Shown piece after piece: positions 49,630 to 62,481 of a stretch of 64,000 nucleotides of DNA (positions within the stretch are counted from its first letter, which is position 1; every line of letters begins with the position of its first letter). The position numbers were made by a program, and so were the translations under genes. The notes beneath the pieces are model-generated. The model was not told where the DNA came from, did not search any database, and saw nothing but the letters and a program-made list of their open reading frames with translations. This stretch comes from Cetorhinus maximus (Eukaryota): contig NC_135901.1 of assembly GCF_964194155.1 (NCBI RefSeq), positions 26,040,001 to 26,104,000 of the forward strand, read 5' to 3'.

Positions 49630-50412
49630 GTGAAGTCGCCTCTGCTTGATGAGAGTCAGCATACTTGGGAGATTTGTCTTTGAGAGGACTGCCACATTCC
49701 TGATTCTGTCCCTGAGACGCCCTGAATGTGCCGCAAACAGCGAAAGTTAAAGATATTGAGCTTCCTTTCCTGATCACTGTAAATCGTCCATGTTTCAGAC
49801 ACAAGCCTCATAAACCAGCATCTTGGTGCTGAGAGACAGCTTGATGTGAGTCGGCCAAAGGTGAAGCCGCTTTCCCGATGCGTGTATCGAGTTCTGCATC
49901 AAGAAACAGATTGTCTGTCATTGTGGACCCAAAGTCACAGATTTCACTGGCCACTTCCAGTGTGATCAAGGACGGACACCCAGTCCCCAAACCACAGTTT
50001 TCTTGATGTTTACAGTAAGGGAGAACAAGTTACAGACACGGGAGAGACAGTCCATGGGTCTTTGTAGCTGAGTTTCTGTGTGAGTCACAAGCATGACATC
50101 ATCAGCATAGAGGAGGTCTCTGATCGAGACAGGCTGTATTTTGTCTTCATTTTCAGTCTGGACAGATTGTGGAATTTTCGTCTGACTGAGTATTCAGGGA
50201 AACTCCTTCCATATCTGCAGGGAAGGGCAAGGTCAGGAACATGGAGAAGAAAATGCCAAACAAATTGGGGACTCGGACACAGCCCTGTTTCACACCATTC
50301 TTCACCCTGAAACTGTCAGAAGTGGAGCCGTCAAACTGTACAGTACAGGGCATGTTGTCATGAAAGGAGTGGATGAGACAGAGGAACTTTGGTGGACAAA
50401 GTTTTTGTTGCA
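49630..50412 (-). mobile_element. RTE-clade LINE RT fragment
   Basis: CPPKFL..SFHDNM..SDSFRVKNGVKQGCV..LFGIFF. Confidence 0.75.
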
Positions 50413-50648
50413 ATCTCCTCTGTCCCCTTTGTTTTTGTAAACTGTGATTATTGTTGTGTCATGCACGTCCTGTGGAACGGATCCGACCTTCCAGCAGAGT
50501 TCATGAATTAAGGGGAATGATCACAGTTGGTGTTTTTAAAAAGGGACACTAAAGCCCCGAGTATCAGTGACATCTCCAGAATATTAAACTCCAGCCAGTT
50601 ATAGGGGTTGTTAATGTCAGCAGAAACAAACTTGACATTGTCAGACTA

Positions 50649-51986
50649 TCAATCCTGAACATGATTAACAGCAGTGATAACAGCAGAATCCAACCCCTGC
50701 AGTCACTTATGAACTCACTCATGTGTCACTAGGTTGAAGGACCGAGTGAATCTCTTCCCACACACGGAGCAGGTGAATGGTCTCTCTCCAGTGTGAACTC
50801 TCTGATGTGCCAGGAGAGCAGATGAACACCTGACACTCTTTCCACAGTCCGTGCCGCTGAATGGCTTCTCCTCAGTGTGAATTTGCTGGTGTGACTCGAG
50901 GGCGGATGATACAGTGAATCCCTTCCCACATACAGAGCAGGAGAATGGTTTCTCCCCAGTGTGAACTCGCTGGTGTGCAATGAGGGTGGATGACTGCCTG
51001 AAACTCTTTCCACAAGAAGTGCAGCTAAACGGCTTCTCCCCAGTGTGAACTCGCTGGTGTCTCAGCAGACTGGATGACTGAGTAAATCCCTGCCCACACA
51101 CAGAGCAAGTGAACGGCCTCTTCCCAGTGTGAACTCGCTGGTGTTCAGCAAGGGCAGAGGAATGCCTGAAACTCTTTCTACAGGAAGTACAGTTGAATGG
51201 CTTCTCCTCAGAATGAACTTGCTGGTGTGACCTTAGGCCGGATGAATGAGTGAATCCCTTCCCACACACAGGGCAAGTGAATGGCTTCTGCCCAGTGTGA
51301 AGTCGCTGGTGTATATGGAGGTCAGATGAAGACCTGAACCTCTTTTCACAGTAAGTGCAGCTGAACGGCCTCTCCTCAGTGTGAATTCGCTGGTGCAACA
51401 TAAGACAGGATGTCTGAATAAATCCCTTCCCACATACAGGGCAGGTGAATGGCCTCTTAATGTGAATTCGCTAGTGTGACATGAGTTTGGTTGTCTGAGT
51501 GAATCCCTTCCCACACACGGAACAGGTGAACGGCTTCTCCCCAGTGTGAATGCATCGATGGATTTCCAGCTGAGATGGATAATTGAATCCTTTACCACAA
51601 TCCTCACATTTCCATGGTTTGTCCATGGTGCCGGAGTCCTTATATCTCATCAGGTTGGACGATCAGTTGAAGCCTCATCCACAAGCAGAACACATGTACA
51701 GTCTCTCCCCACTGTGAATGGTGTGATGTTTTTTTCAGGCTGTGTAACTGGTTAAAGCTCTTTCCACAGTTAGTGCACTAGGACACTCTCACACGGGTGT
51801 GTGTGTCTCGGTGCTTTTCCAGTCACACTGATGTTTGAAATCTTTTCCCACAGACAAAACAAGTATTTCTCCTTCCACATTCAATTGCCGATGATATTCA
51901 GGTCCTGATGAATCGAGTGACGGTTTTAAATCTTGATGTGAAGTTTGATTTGAACTTCTCTCTGTAAATCTTCCCCTTCTAATATC
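50649..51986 (-). pseudogene. Disrupted C2H2 zinc-finger gene ZF10
   Basis: MDKPWKC start; TAG plus frameshift after finger 2 (about 51455-51475); open array 50715-51401; TGA in the last finger; acceptor at 51986/51987. Confidence 0.75.
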
Positions 51987-52249
51987 CTGCATAAGGAGTT
52001 TACAAAACTCTTGACTGTCAGCACAGCCTAGAAATTCAGAACAGACAATTCTAGTTTCTATGGACCATTTCTTCCTCTCTTGTTCCCCCAAACCTGTAAA
52101 TCCCCGCCACACACACTCTCCCTCCTCCCTGGGCTGAAATCCAAACCCATCTCCACCATTTTTTTCCTCCACTCCCAGTTTTCTCCCTCCCTCTCCTCTG
52201 CCTGGGTTCAGTTCTCCAGCTCCTGTCTGCAGACTGACAATAAAATCAA

Positions 52250-52620
52250 TGAGTCTCGTTGGGGGTTTGGGGCCTCCAGCGGGTGTTTCTGAATCCTCCC
52301 CGCCCACCTCCTCGCTCTGACTCCGCTTCTTCGGGACAAACTGGCGCCTCTTCCCGCAAGGCCATCAATCGCATTGCGCATGCTCCAGACTCTTCGACAC
52401 TGCGCCTGCGCACTGGCGCCTCTTCCCGCACTGGCCTCAACAGCCACACTGCGCATGCTCCAGCTCACGGTGCTCGCCTGATTGACAGCATCTCCGGACC
52501 AATAGAAAAAGGGGGCGTGGCTGGGAAACAGAACTTGAGAGGCTGGTTCTTCAACCAATCGGAGTGAATGAGGGGCGAATGAGTCCGGATCTTCCTCATT
52601 GGCTGAAACTGCATCACTTT
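52250..52620. promoter_or_regulatory. CpG-rich promoter of ZF10 (possibly divergent to ZF11)
   Basis: Three NRF1-like TGCGCATGC/TGCGCCTGCGCA motifs and three CCAAT boxes. Confidence 0.6.
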
Positions 52621-53077
52621 GAAAGTTGATTTGTCTCAAACTCCAGGAGAAAACTGGACCTTTCTGTTTGTGGCTTTAAACAGATGAAACCCTGTGGGTG
52701 TGGAGCAAACATTTCAACATTTGTTAGTGAAAATTGGGAACATGATGAAACAATGCACAAACAATTCAAGGGCTGACTTAAAGTGATAATTGGGCAGACA
52801 GGGAATGTCATCATTAGAACAAGGAGAGTCCCTTGTTTCAATAAATGAACCAACAGAGCAGTTAAGACAGGTTACAGAGAAGGTCTTCTCTCTGACAGGA
52901 TTTCCTTTTGGCTCTTTCACCATGTTCACCTTCATTGTTTTCCATTTCCCACCTGGTGTTTGACAAGGTGTTCACCAAAACTCAAACATAACCATTAACA
53001 CTCACACTGTCTTGTGTCCATGACGTCTTGTCAAATTTATCCTTGGCTCCCATCTGTCCTGACCTTCTACTTTGCTT

Positions 53078-53405
53078 CACCTGTTCGCACTGGGGAGAGG
53101 CCATTCATCTGCTCCGAGTGTGGGATGGGATTCATTCGGTCAAGCACCCTCATTTCACTCCAGCTTGTTCACACTGATAAGAGAACATTTAAATGTTCTG
53201 GCTATGACAAGAGCTTTAAATACAAAAGGGAACTGCTGAGGCACCAGCGCACTCACACTCGGGAGAAGCCTTTTACATGATCCGTATGTGGGTAGCCATT
53301 TAATCTATCATCTACCCTGCTGAGATGATAGATTATCAATGAATTCACAAGTGACTGCAAGCCTTGGATTCTGTTCTTATTTCTGCTGCTAATCCACTGA
53401 ACTGA
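53078..53405 (+). pseudogene. Zinc-finger relic ZF11 (last three fingers and 3' block)
   Basis: [12 protein letters not shown]..; followed by the ZF1-type 3' flank and L2 piece (53650-54060). Confidence 0.7.
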
Positions 53406-54723
53406 AGGCTGAGCTAAGTTTACAGTTGGGGTTGTTGCTGCTGTTGTTAATAACCATATAACTGGTTTCAAATTCATATACATGTTGAATAAAGTAAAGC
53501 AGGAGGGGTCACTTTTTAAGAAGCTTACTTCCATTAATGTAAACTACCATGATCAATCTTCATGTTGCATTGGTCTTCCCGATATCTCTCCATCCCTCGC
53601 CTCATAGCAAATATAGTATTCGGATCTGTTTCTGCTAAAGTTAATAAACTCTCAGTTATATGTGTCAATATTCTGGATAAAAGCCAAATAAATACATTTT
53701 GTGTTAAACAGATGGAATGATGAGTCATTTTAATATCTCCAATGCAAGTTAGTTCCTTTTGAAGTGCTCTCCCTCTCCCCTGTCTCCTCCATCCTCACCT
53801 CCAATGACAAATGCGAGGAGCTGATTTACTTCCTTGTTTCCAAGATTGAGACCATCTAATCAGCTGCTTCTGCCACTTTCCTCCTTTTCACTCGTCCACT
53901 GGGCCAAACTGCTTCTCCAGATCTGACCAGTCCTAGCTCTGAACAAGAATCTTTCTTTAGTTTCTCTCCTACCTCCCTTTATACTTTCATGAGCTCAACT
54001 TGTCCATGAGACACACTTTCCGCTCTGTGGTCTCCATTCCCACTAAACTGCTGTCCACCCAGAAGAGTTTTGGATGAGCGTAAGTTTATAGAGGGTGGAA
54101 AATGGGAGACTAATCAAGAGAGCATTGGAATAGGCGAAACTGGAGGTAACAAAGGAATGGATGAAGATTTCAGCAGCAAATTGGCCCAGGTGGGATGGAG
54201 ACAATTGATATGACAGAGCTGGAAACAGGTGATCTTAGTGATAGAGAGGATATGTTGTTGGTAGCACGATACTCAACTCAGGTTCAAATAGGAGGCGAAG
54301 GTTGCAATTTGTCTGGTCCAGCCTCACAGTGTGGCAAGGAGGGGGATGGAGTCGGTGCTGAGTTTATGGTGGGGGGTTTCATGGCCTGAGTATTAATTCA
54401 CCTCTTGGGCCGCAACTGCATAGACCTAAGTATTAATCCACCTCTACCCCATAGGATTTTATTACAGAAACAGGCCATTTGATCCAATCTCAATTTGTTG
54501 ACAAAAAATTCCGTTCACCAATTGGTTTTCCGTGATGGTGATACAATGCACGATTTCTCAAGTGGCCAGACTGTGCCCCATCAAGTACTACAGGAGCCCA
54601 GTGTGATTACTCAGCACCGGGTTGTACTCTGAGCATGCGCAGTACAAGGTGGATGTGCAATATGCTGATCAGGAGTTGGGAGGAGATGACACCGAATTAC
54701 AGAGAGCACTGAATCCAGAAACA

Positions 54724-55472
54724 GAATAACTGATTCACCTAGATAAAAGCAAACAACTGCGGATGCTGGAAATCCAAAACAAGAACAAAAATACCTGGAA
54801 AAACTCAGCAGGTCTGACAGCATCTGCGGAGAGGGATACAGTTAACATTTCGAGTCCGAATGACTCTTCATCAGAACTAAGGAAAAATAGAAAAGAGGTG
54901 AAATATAAGCTGATTTGAGGGGCGGGGTGGAACAGGTAGAGCTGGATAGAGGGCCAGTGATAGGTGGAGATTGCCAAAAGATGTCATAGACAAAAGGACA
55001 AAGAGGTGTTGAAGGTGGTGATATTAGCTAAGATATGTGCTAATGGTGACATTAAGGGTAGAAAGCAGGACGAGCAAGGTACAGATAGCCCTAGTGGGGG
55101 TGGGGTGGGGGGAAGGGATCGAAATAGGCTAAAAGGTAGAGATAAAACAATGGATGGAAATGCATTTAAAAATAATGGAAATAGGTGGGAAAAGAAAAAT
55201 ATATATAAATTATTGGAAAAAGGGGGATCGGAAAGGGGGTGGGGATGGAGGAGAGAGTTCATGATCTGAAGTTGTTGAACTCAATATTCAGTCCAGAAGG
55301 CTGTAAAGTGCCTAGTCGGAAGATGAGGTGCTGTTCCTCCAGTTTGCGTTGAGCTTCACATTGGAACATTGCAGCAGGCCAAGGACGGACATGTGGGCAC
55401 GAGAGCAGGGTGGAGTGTTGAAATGGCAAGCGACAGGGAGGTCTGGGTCATGCTTGCGGACAGACCGAAGGT
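54724..55472 (-). mobile_element. Penelope-like element, 3' part with pLTR
   Basis: Reverse complement closely matches 16010-16680 (GIY-YIG C-terminus and pLTR). Confidence 0.85.
54841..54877 (-). ncRNA. Minimal type I hammerhead ribozyme in the Penelope pLTR
   Basis: GTT-CTGATGA-A-GAGTC-ATTCG-GACTC-GAAATGTT-AAC: canonical core, perfect stem II, and stem I AGTT/AACT. Confidence 0.7.
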
Positions 55473-55499
55473 GTACTCAGTGACCCTGCCTCCACTGCC

Positions 55500-55845
55500 T
55501 TCTGAGGCATATGAACAAACATACGAACAAGGAGCAGGATAGGCCATTATCGAGCCTGCTCTGCCATTCAATAAGATCTGGCTGATCTGATTGTAGCCTG
55601 AAATCTGCATCCTGCCTACTCCCAATAATCTATCACTCCCTTGCTTACCAAGAATCTATCCACCTCTGCCTTAAAAATATTCAAAAACTCTGCTTCCACC
55701 ATCTTTTCAGGAAGAGGTTTCCATCGACTCACGACCCTCTGAGAGAAATTTTTTTTGCCTCACTTCCGTTTTAAATGGGTGACCCCTAATTTTAAAACAG
55801 TGCTATCTAGTTCTGGACTCATCCACAAGAGGAAACGTCCTTTCC
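55500..55845 (-). mobile_element. CR1 LINE 3' end
   Basis: Reverse strand homologous to the CR1 tail at 18160-18450. Confidence 0.6.
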
Positions 55846-55911
55846 ACCAGGGAGATGCAGTTCATCTGCTCCATACGTGGGAAAGGATTCACTTGTGCAT
55901 CCAGCCTCATC

Positions 55912-56010
55912 TACAGAAAATGCTGGAAAAACTCAGTAGGTCTGGCAGCATCTGTGGAGAGAGAAACAGAGTTAATGTTTCGAGTCCAATATGACTTCTT
56001 CCTCAGTTCT
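55912..56010 (-). mobile_element. Short Penelope-derived element with a degenerate hammerhead motif
   Basis: Reverse strand AGTC-ATATTG-GACTC-GAAACATTAAC followed by the pLTR tail. Confidence 0.55.
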
Positions 56011-56204
56011 GAATTGATATATCTAGAATATAAATCTAGTCGAAGCAATGGTGACCATGACAACTATCAAAAATTGTTCTAAACCCCACCTGGTTCACTA
56101 ATGTCCTTCAGGGAAGGAAATCTGCTATCCATACCCAGTTTGGCCTACATGTGACTCCAGACCCAGAGCAATGTGGTTCACTCTTAGCTGCCCTTTAAAT
56201 TGGG

Positions 56205-59200
56205 TGAAGAAGAGGAGGAGGCATTGCATTATTAGTTAAGGAGTCAGTTACTGCAGTAAGGAGAGATGATATCTTGGAGGGGGCATCGAATGAAGCTTTG
56301 TGGGTAGAGCTTAGGAATAAAATAGGGGCAGCCACATTGTTAGGTGTTTATTATAGACCCCCAGATAGTCAGTGGGAAATTGAGGAGTAAATATGCACAA
56401 TTTGTGGAGGTGTGTAGAAACAATAACAATCGGGTAATTATATTAGGTGATTTCAACTTTCCTAACATTAATTGAGATATACATAGTGTTAAGGGCTTGG
56501 ATGGAATAGATTTTTTGAAATGTGTACAGTTAGGTCAATATGTAGAGGGTCCAAAAGGGATGGCGCGGTGCTGGACCTAATTCTGGGGAATGAAGCCGGA
56601 CAGGTGGCTGAGGTGTTGGTGGGGGAGCATTTTAGTGATAGCGACCACAACATAGAACCATAGAAAAGTGACAGCACAGAAGGAGGCCATTCGGCCCATC
56701 TTGTCCATGCAGCCAGAGGACACCCAGGTGCCCTTTCTAATCCCACCTTCCTGCATCCGGCCCATAACCCTGCAGTTTACAGCAATTTAGGTGCAGATCC
56801 AGGTACTTTTTAAAAGAGTTTAGAGTTTCTGCCTCTACCACCAACTTGGGTAGTGAATTCCAGACACCCACTACACTCTGCATAAAAAAGTTCTTCCTCA
56901 TGTCCCCACTACACCTTCTGCCACTTATTTTGAATCTATGTCCCCTGGTTCTAGAACTCTCCTCCAAGGGAAACAATTTTATCCTGTCCACTCTTTTTAT
57001 TCCCCTCATAATTTTGTACCCCTCAATCAAGTCACCTCTCAGCCTTCTTTGTTCTAAGGAAAATAACCCCAACCTATCCAATCTCTCCTCATAGCTACAC
57101 TTTTCTAACCCTGGCAATATTCTTGTAAACCTCCTCTACACTCTCTCCAGAGATATTACGTCCTTCCTGTAATCTGGTGACCAGAACTGCAGACAATACT
57201 CTAGTTGTGGCCTCACCAGTGTTTTATACAATTCCAACATAATATCCTTACTTTTATATTCTATACCTTTGCCAATGAAGGAGAGAATTCCATATGTCTT
57301 CTTTACAACCTTGTCTACTTGAACTACTGCCTTCAGGGACATGTGTACTTGAACGCCAAGATCTCTCACTTCGTCTACCCCTCTTAGTATATTCCCATGA
57401 TACAGTTTAAGTTTGTTATGGACAAAGAAATAGACAAGTTGCAAAAAAATGTTTTGGATTAGGGGAGAGTGGATTTTAGTAAAATAAGGCAGGATCTGCC
57501 CAAGGGAGGCTGGGAACAGCTACTTGTGGGGAAATCTACAGAGGAGCAATGGGGGACGTTCAAACAGGAAATGGGAAGGGTACAGGCTCAACATGTTCCC
57601 GTTAGGGTGATAAGAAGGAGTAACAAGCCCAGAAAACCATGGATAACCAGAGATATTCAGGCTATGATGAGAAGGAAAAGAGAGGCTTTTAGCAGGTACA
57701 AGGGAAGCAAATTAGCGGAGGCATTAGTGGAGTACAGAATGTGCAGGGTGTAGCTTAAGAAAGCAATTATGAGAGCAAAGAGGGGATATGAGAAAGCTCT
57801 GGCTGGTAAAAGTAGGGAAAATCCCAAGATATTCTATAAGTATACCAATGGGAAGAGGATAACCAGGGAAAAAGTAGGGCCTGAAAGGGACCAAGGGGGA
57901 AATCTATGGGTAGGGCCAGAGAACATCACTAGAGTGTTGAATGAATGTTTCACATCCGTCTTCACCCAGGAGAATGAGGATGAAGGTTATCAAACTCGGG
58001 GAGAGAGACTGCGAGGTTATTAAGCAAATTAATATAGGGAGTGACAAGGTATTGGAGGTGTTGGCTTAAAAGTGGACAAATCTCCAGGTCCAGATGATTT
58101 GTGTGCCAGACTGCTGAGGGAGGCAAGGGAGGAGATCGCAGGGGCACTGACCCAAAATTTTAATTCCTCTCTGGCCACAGGGGAGGTTCCAGAGGACTGG
58201 AGAACAGCTAATGTGGTTCCGCTATTTAAAAAGGGTTTTCGAGATAAGCCAGGGAACTACAGGCCAGTAAGTCTCATGTCAGTGGTAGGGAAACTATTGG
58301 AGAAAGTTCTGAAGAAGAGTATCTATCCCCACTTGGAGAGGCAAGGTTTGATCAGGGATAGTCAGCATGGCTTTGACAGAGGGAGGTCATGCCTAACAAA
58401 TTTGATTGAATTTTTTGAGGAGGTGACCAGGTGTGTAGATGAGGGTAGAGCAGTTGATGTAGTTTGTATGGATTTCAGCAAAGCCTTTGACAAGGTCCCA
58501 CATGGGAGACTTATAAAGAAGGCAAATGCACATGGGACACAGGGTAATTTGATAAGGTGGATTCAAAATTGGCTTAGTTGTAGGAGGCAGAGGGTGATGA
58601 CAGAAGGATGCTTTAGTGACTGGAAGCCAGTGTCCAGTGGCGTACCACAGGGATCTGTGCTCGGTCCCCTATTATTTGTCATTTATGTAAATGATATAGA
58701 TGACTATGTGGAGATGGAATTAGTAAGGTTGCAGGTGACACAAAGATTGACCAGGTGGTTAACAGTGAGGTTGAGTGTCTTGGGCTACAGGAAGATATAG
58801 ACGGGATGGTCAAATGGGCAGATAAGTGGCAGATGGAATTTAACCCTGAAAAGCGTGAGGTGATACACTTTGGAAGGAGTAACTTGACAAGGAAGTACTC
58901 AATGAACGGCATGATACTAGGAAGTTCTGAGGAACAAAGGGACCTCAGCGTGTGTGTCCATAGATCTCTGAAGGCAGAGGGGCATGTTGGTGGAGTGGTG
59001 AAAAAGGCATATGGGACACTTGCCTTTACCAATCGAGGCATAGATTACAAAAGTAGGGAGGTCATGTTGGAGTTGTAAAGAACCTTGGTGAGGCCACAGC
59101 TGGAGTGCTGTGTGCAGTTCTGGTCACCACATTATAGGAAGGATGTGATTGCACTAGAGCGGGTGCAGAGGAGATTCATCAGGTTGTTGCCTGGGATGAA

Positions 59201-59660
59201 ACATTTAAGTTATGAAGAGAGGTTGGATAGACTTGGGTTGTTTTCGTTGGAGCAGAGAAGACTGAGGGGCGACCTGATCGAGGTGTACATGATTACGAGG
59301 AGCATGGACAGGGTGCATAGGGAGCAGCTATTCTCCTTTGTTGAAGGGTCAGTCACGAGGGGACAAAAGTTCAAGGTGAGGGGCAGGAGGTTTCGGGGGG
59401 GGAATGTGAGGAAAAATCTTTTTACCCAGAGGGTTGTGATGATCTGGAATGCGCTACCTGGGAGGGTGGTCGAGGCGGGTTGCCTCACATCCTTTAAAAA
59501 GTATCTGAATGAGCACTTGGCAGGTCATAAAATTCAAGGCTATGGGCCATGTGCTGGTAAATGGGATCAGGTAGGTAGGTCAGGTGTTTTTCATGTGTTG
59601 GTGCAGGCTCAATAGGCCAAAAGGCCTCTTCTGCACAGTGTGATTCTGTGATTCTGTGAG
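56205..59660 (+). mobile_element. CR1 LINE ORF2 (APE to 3' end), interrupted by a nested CR1
   Basis: YRPP, GDFN and SDH (APE); KSPGPD, DFSKAFD and GVPQGSVLGP (RT); tail (ATTCTGTG)n. Confidence 0.9.
56650..57395 (-). mobile_element. Nested CR1 3' fragment
   Basis: ORFs 57136-57444 and 56737-57117 encode the CR1 ORF2 C-terminus on the opposite strand. Confidence 0.85.
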
Positions 59661-60049
59661 GTGTCACTCAGTTATATTCAAGAAGGTGGCTCACCAACAC
59701 CTTCTCAAGGTTAATTAGGGATGGGCAACAAATGCTGGCCTTGTCAGCGATGCCCATATTCCATTGAAGAATAAAGAGAGAAATCACATTCAGGAGTGAA
59801 CCACATTCATCCTGACAGTTGGAGATTATTGATCAGTTGGAATGAATTGTCGATTTCTCTTTGATAAGAGACCAATTGATGTCCTGTTACTGATTATTCA
59901 GTTTCTTGTCATTTCTCCTTTCTTACTCCAGATTATTTCAGTTCTCAAATCTTCAGTTTCAAGTCCCAGCTCCCCAATCCTGCCATTGAATTTCCTTTCT
60001 CACTACACTGTGTTATTACTTCAAATTATCCCTGCTGTCTGTCCCGAAT

Positions 60050-60310
60050 CAATGCATTTCACTAACAAATGTTGAAATGTTTGCTCCACACCCACATGGT
60101 TTCATCTGTTTAAAGTCATAAACAGAAAAGTCCAGTTTTCTCCTGGAGTTGGAGACAAATCAGCTTCCAAAATGATGCAGAGTTTCAGCCAATGAGGCAA
60201 ATCTGGGCTCAGCTCTGCTCCCTCATTCACTCCGATTGGCTGGAGGACCACGGGTCAGCCAATCGGTACTCCAGTCCTGCCCCCTCTTCCTATTGGTTCG
60301 GAGCATTTTC
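60050..60310. promoter_or_regulatory. Inverted paralog of the CCAAT module at 52490-52735
   Basis: Clear reverse-complement similarity including the CCAAT boxes. Confidence 0.55.
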
Positions 60311-60329
60311 TTTACTCACATGCAGGATG

Positions 60330-61150
60330 CGGGGTGTCACTGGCTGGACTAGCAACTATTGCCCATCCCTAATTGCCCTTGAGAAGGTGGTGATGAGCTG
60401 CCTTCTTGAACAGCTGCAGTCCCTGTGATGTAGATACACCCATAGTGCTGTTTGGGAGAGAGTTCCAGGATTTTGACCCAGCGACAGTGAAGGAATGATA
60501 TGTTTCCANNNNNNNNNNNNNNNNNNNNNNNNNNNNNNNNNNNNNNNNNNNNNNNNNNNNNNNNNNNNNNNNNNNNNNNNNNNNNNNNNNNNNNNNNNNN
60601 NNNNNNNNNNNNNNNNNNNNNNNNNNNNNNNNNNNNNNNNNNNNNNNNNNNNNNNNNNNNNNNNNNNNNNNNNNNNNNNNNNNNNNNNNNNNNNNNNNNN
60701 NNNNNNNNTCATTGAGGATGGGGATGTTTGTGGAACCTCCTCCTCTGGTGAGTTGTTTAATTGTCCACCACCATTCACGACTGGATGTGACAGGGCTATA
60801 GAGCATAAATCTGATCCATTGGTTGTGGAATCTCTTATCTCCATCTATCACTTACTGCTTATGCTGTTTGACACGCAAGTAGTCCTGTGTTGCAGCTTCA
60901 CCAGGCTGACACCTTATTTTTAGGTATGCCTGGTGCTGCTCCCTACATGCCCTCCTGCACTCTTCATTCATCCAGAGTTGATCCCCCTGACTTGGTGGTA
61001 ATGGGAGAGCAAGGGATATGCCGGGCCATGAGGTTACAGATTGTTTTCAAGTACAATTCTGCTGCTGCAAATGGCCCACAGTGCCTCATGGATGCCCAGT
61101 CTTGAGTTATTAGATCTGTTCGAAATCTATCCCATTTAGCACGGTGGTAG
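60330..61150 (-). mobile_element. LINE of the same family as 3351-4460, spanning the gap
   Basis: Same 3' tail (KSWNSLP..FKKAAHHHLL); ORF2 linker peptides after the gap. Confidence 0.65.
60509..60708. other. Assembly gap (200 N)
   Basis: Run of N. Confidence 0.99.
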
Positions 61151-61249
61151 GTCAGGTGAGAGACCAATGGTTGGAGCCTCTTTCTCTGCTGTCCTATTCA
61201 GGCTTCTATGATCTATAATAATATAATGATTCATAGTAAATACAGTATG

Positions 61250-61995
61250 ATAGAACCACAGAGCACAGATGGTGGCCATTCAGCCCACTGTGCCTGTATT
61301 GTCTCTGAGAATGTTACCAATCTGTCCCACTCCCCTGCTCTTTTCCAATAGCCCTCCAAATCTTTCCTTATTAAGTAAAAGTCCAAATCATTTTTGACTG
61401 TTACTATTGGACCTGCTTCTACCAGTCATTCAGGCAGTGTGTTCCTGATCATGATAACTCACTGATTAAAATACTCTCCCCTCATCGTCACTTTGGACTT
61501 TTGCCAATTATTTTGAACCTGTGTTCTGTGGTCACTAACCATCCTGCCAATGGAAACAATTTCTCCCTAAGCAGAGGAAAACTCCTAAAAAATATCAACA
61601 TTGCTATGAAATCACTCCCTAACCTCTGCTCTAAAGAGAACAATCCCAGCTTCTCCAGTCTCTCCACATAACGGAATCCCCTCATCCCTATTAACCATTC
61701 TGGTAAATATTCATTACATCCGCTCTAAGGCTTTGACATCTTTCCTAAAATGTGGGACTCAGAATTGAACACAATATTTCACTTTAGGATTAACCCCAGG
61801 TTTATAAAGATACTGGATAACTGACTTTCTTTTGTACTCCATGCCTCTATTGATAAATCCAAGGTCCCCATTGGCTTTTGTCAAACACTTTGATCAACTT
61901 CTCCTGTCGTTTTCTAGGATTTGTTCACTTACACTCCCAGGTCACTCTGTTCCTGCACTCTGTTTAAAATTGTACCATTTATTTTATACAGCCTC
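61250..61995 (-). mobile_element. Old CR1 3' fragment
   Basis: MRGFRYVERLEKLGLFSLEQRL. Confidence 0.65.
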
Positions 61996-62346
61996 TCCTC
62001 ATTCTCCCTTCTCCTGGTGCAGTGGGACCAACATTTGTGCTTTAACTAACAGCATCAAAAAAACTTGACTAATTGGTTATTCATCTAATCGCTGTTGTTG
62101 GAATCTTACCTTGTGCAAACTGATTGTCATGAAACAGTAGTAACTTGTATTTATAGAACATGTTTGTTGTAATAAAACTTTGCAATGTGCTTCAGAGGAG
62201 TTTCATGAAGCAGAATTAGACACCGAGTCACTCAGGGCGATATTAAGGTCGATGGCCAAAAGCTGGATTCGAGAGGCACATTGCAACAAGCATCTTTAAT
62301 CAGGAGAGTGGCCGAGAGGTTTAGGGAGGGAATTTCAGAGCTTCAT

Positions 62347-62466
62347 CCACCTTGTGATCCATGTGTAAAAGTTGAATATGATCGCACTTTTTGTGATGGC
62401 GATTTAGAAATGTTTTGTAATGTTCTTTCAGATATTTTATGAATAAAGTATATTTTTCAAAAAAAA
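62347..62466 (+). mobile_element. Very short 5'-truncated Tx1-like LINE (3'UTR and poly(A))
   Basis: Direct repeat of 63085-63200; flanked by the TSD AAT(T)TCAGAGCTTCAT. Confidence 0.7.
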
Positions 62467-62481
62467 AATTCAGAGCTTCAT

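Noticed and set aside
55848-55910. Isolated partial zinc finger
   Set aside because: A single degenerate fragment between repeats; too short to call a gene.
60356-60923. ORFs containing X runs
   Set aside because: Artefacts of the N gap.
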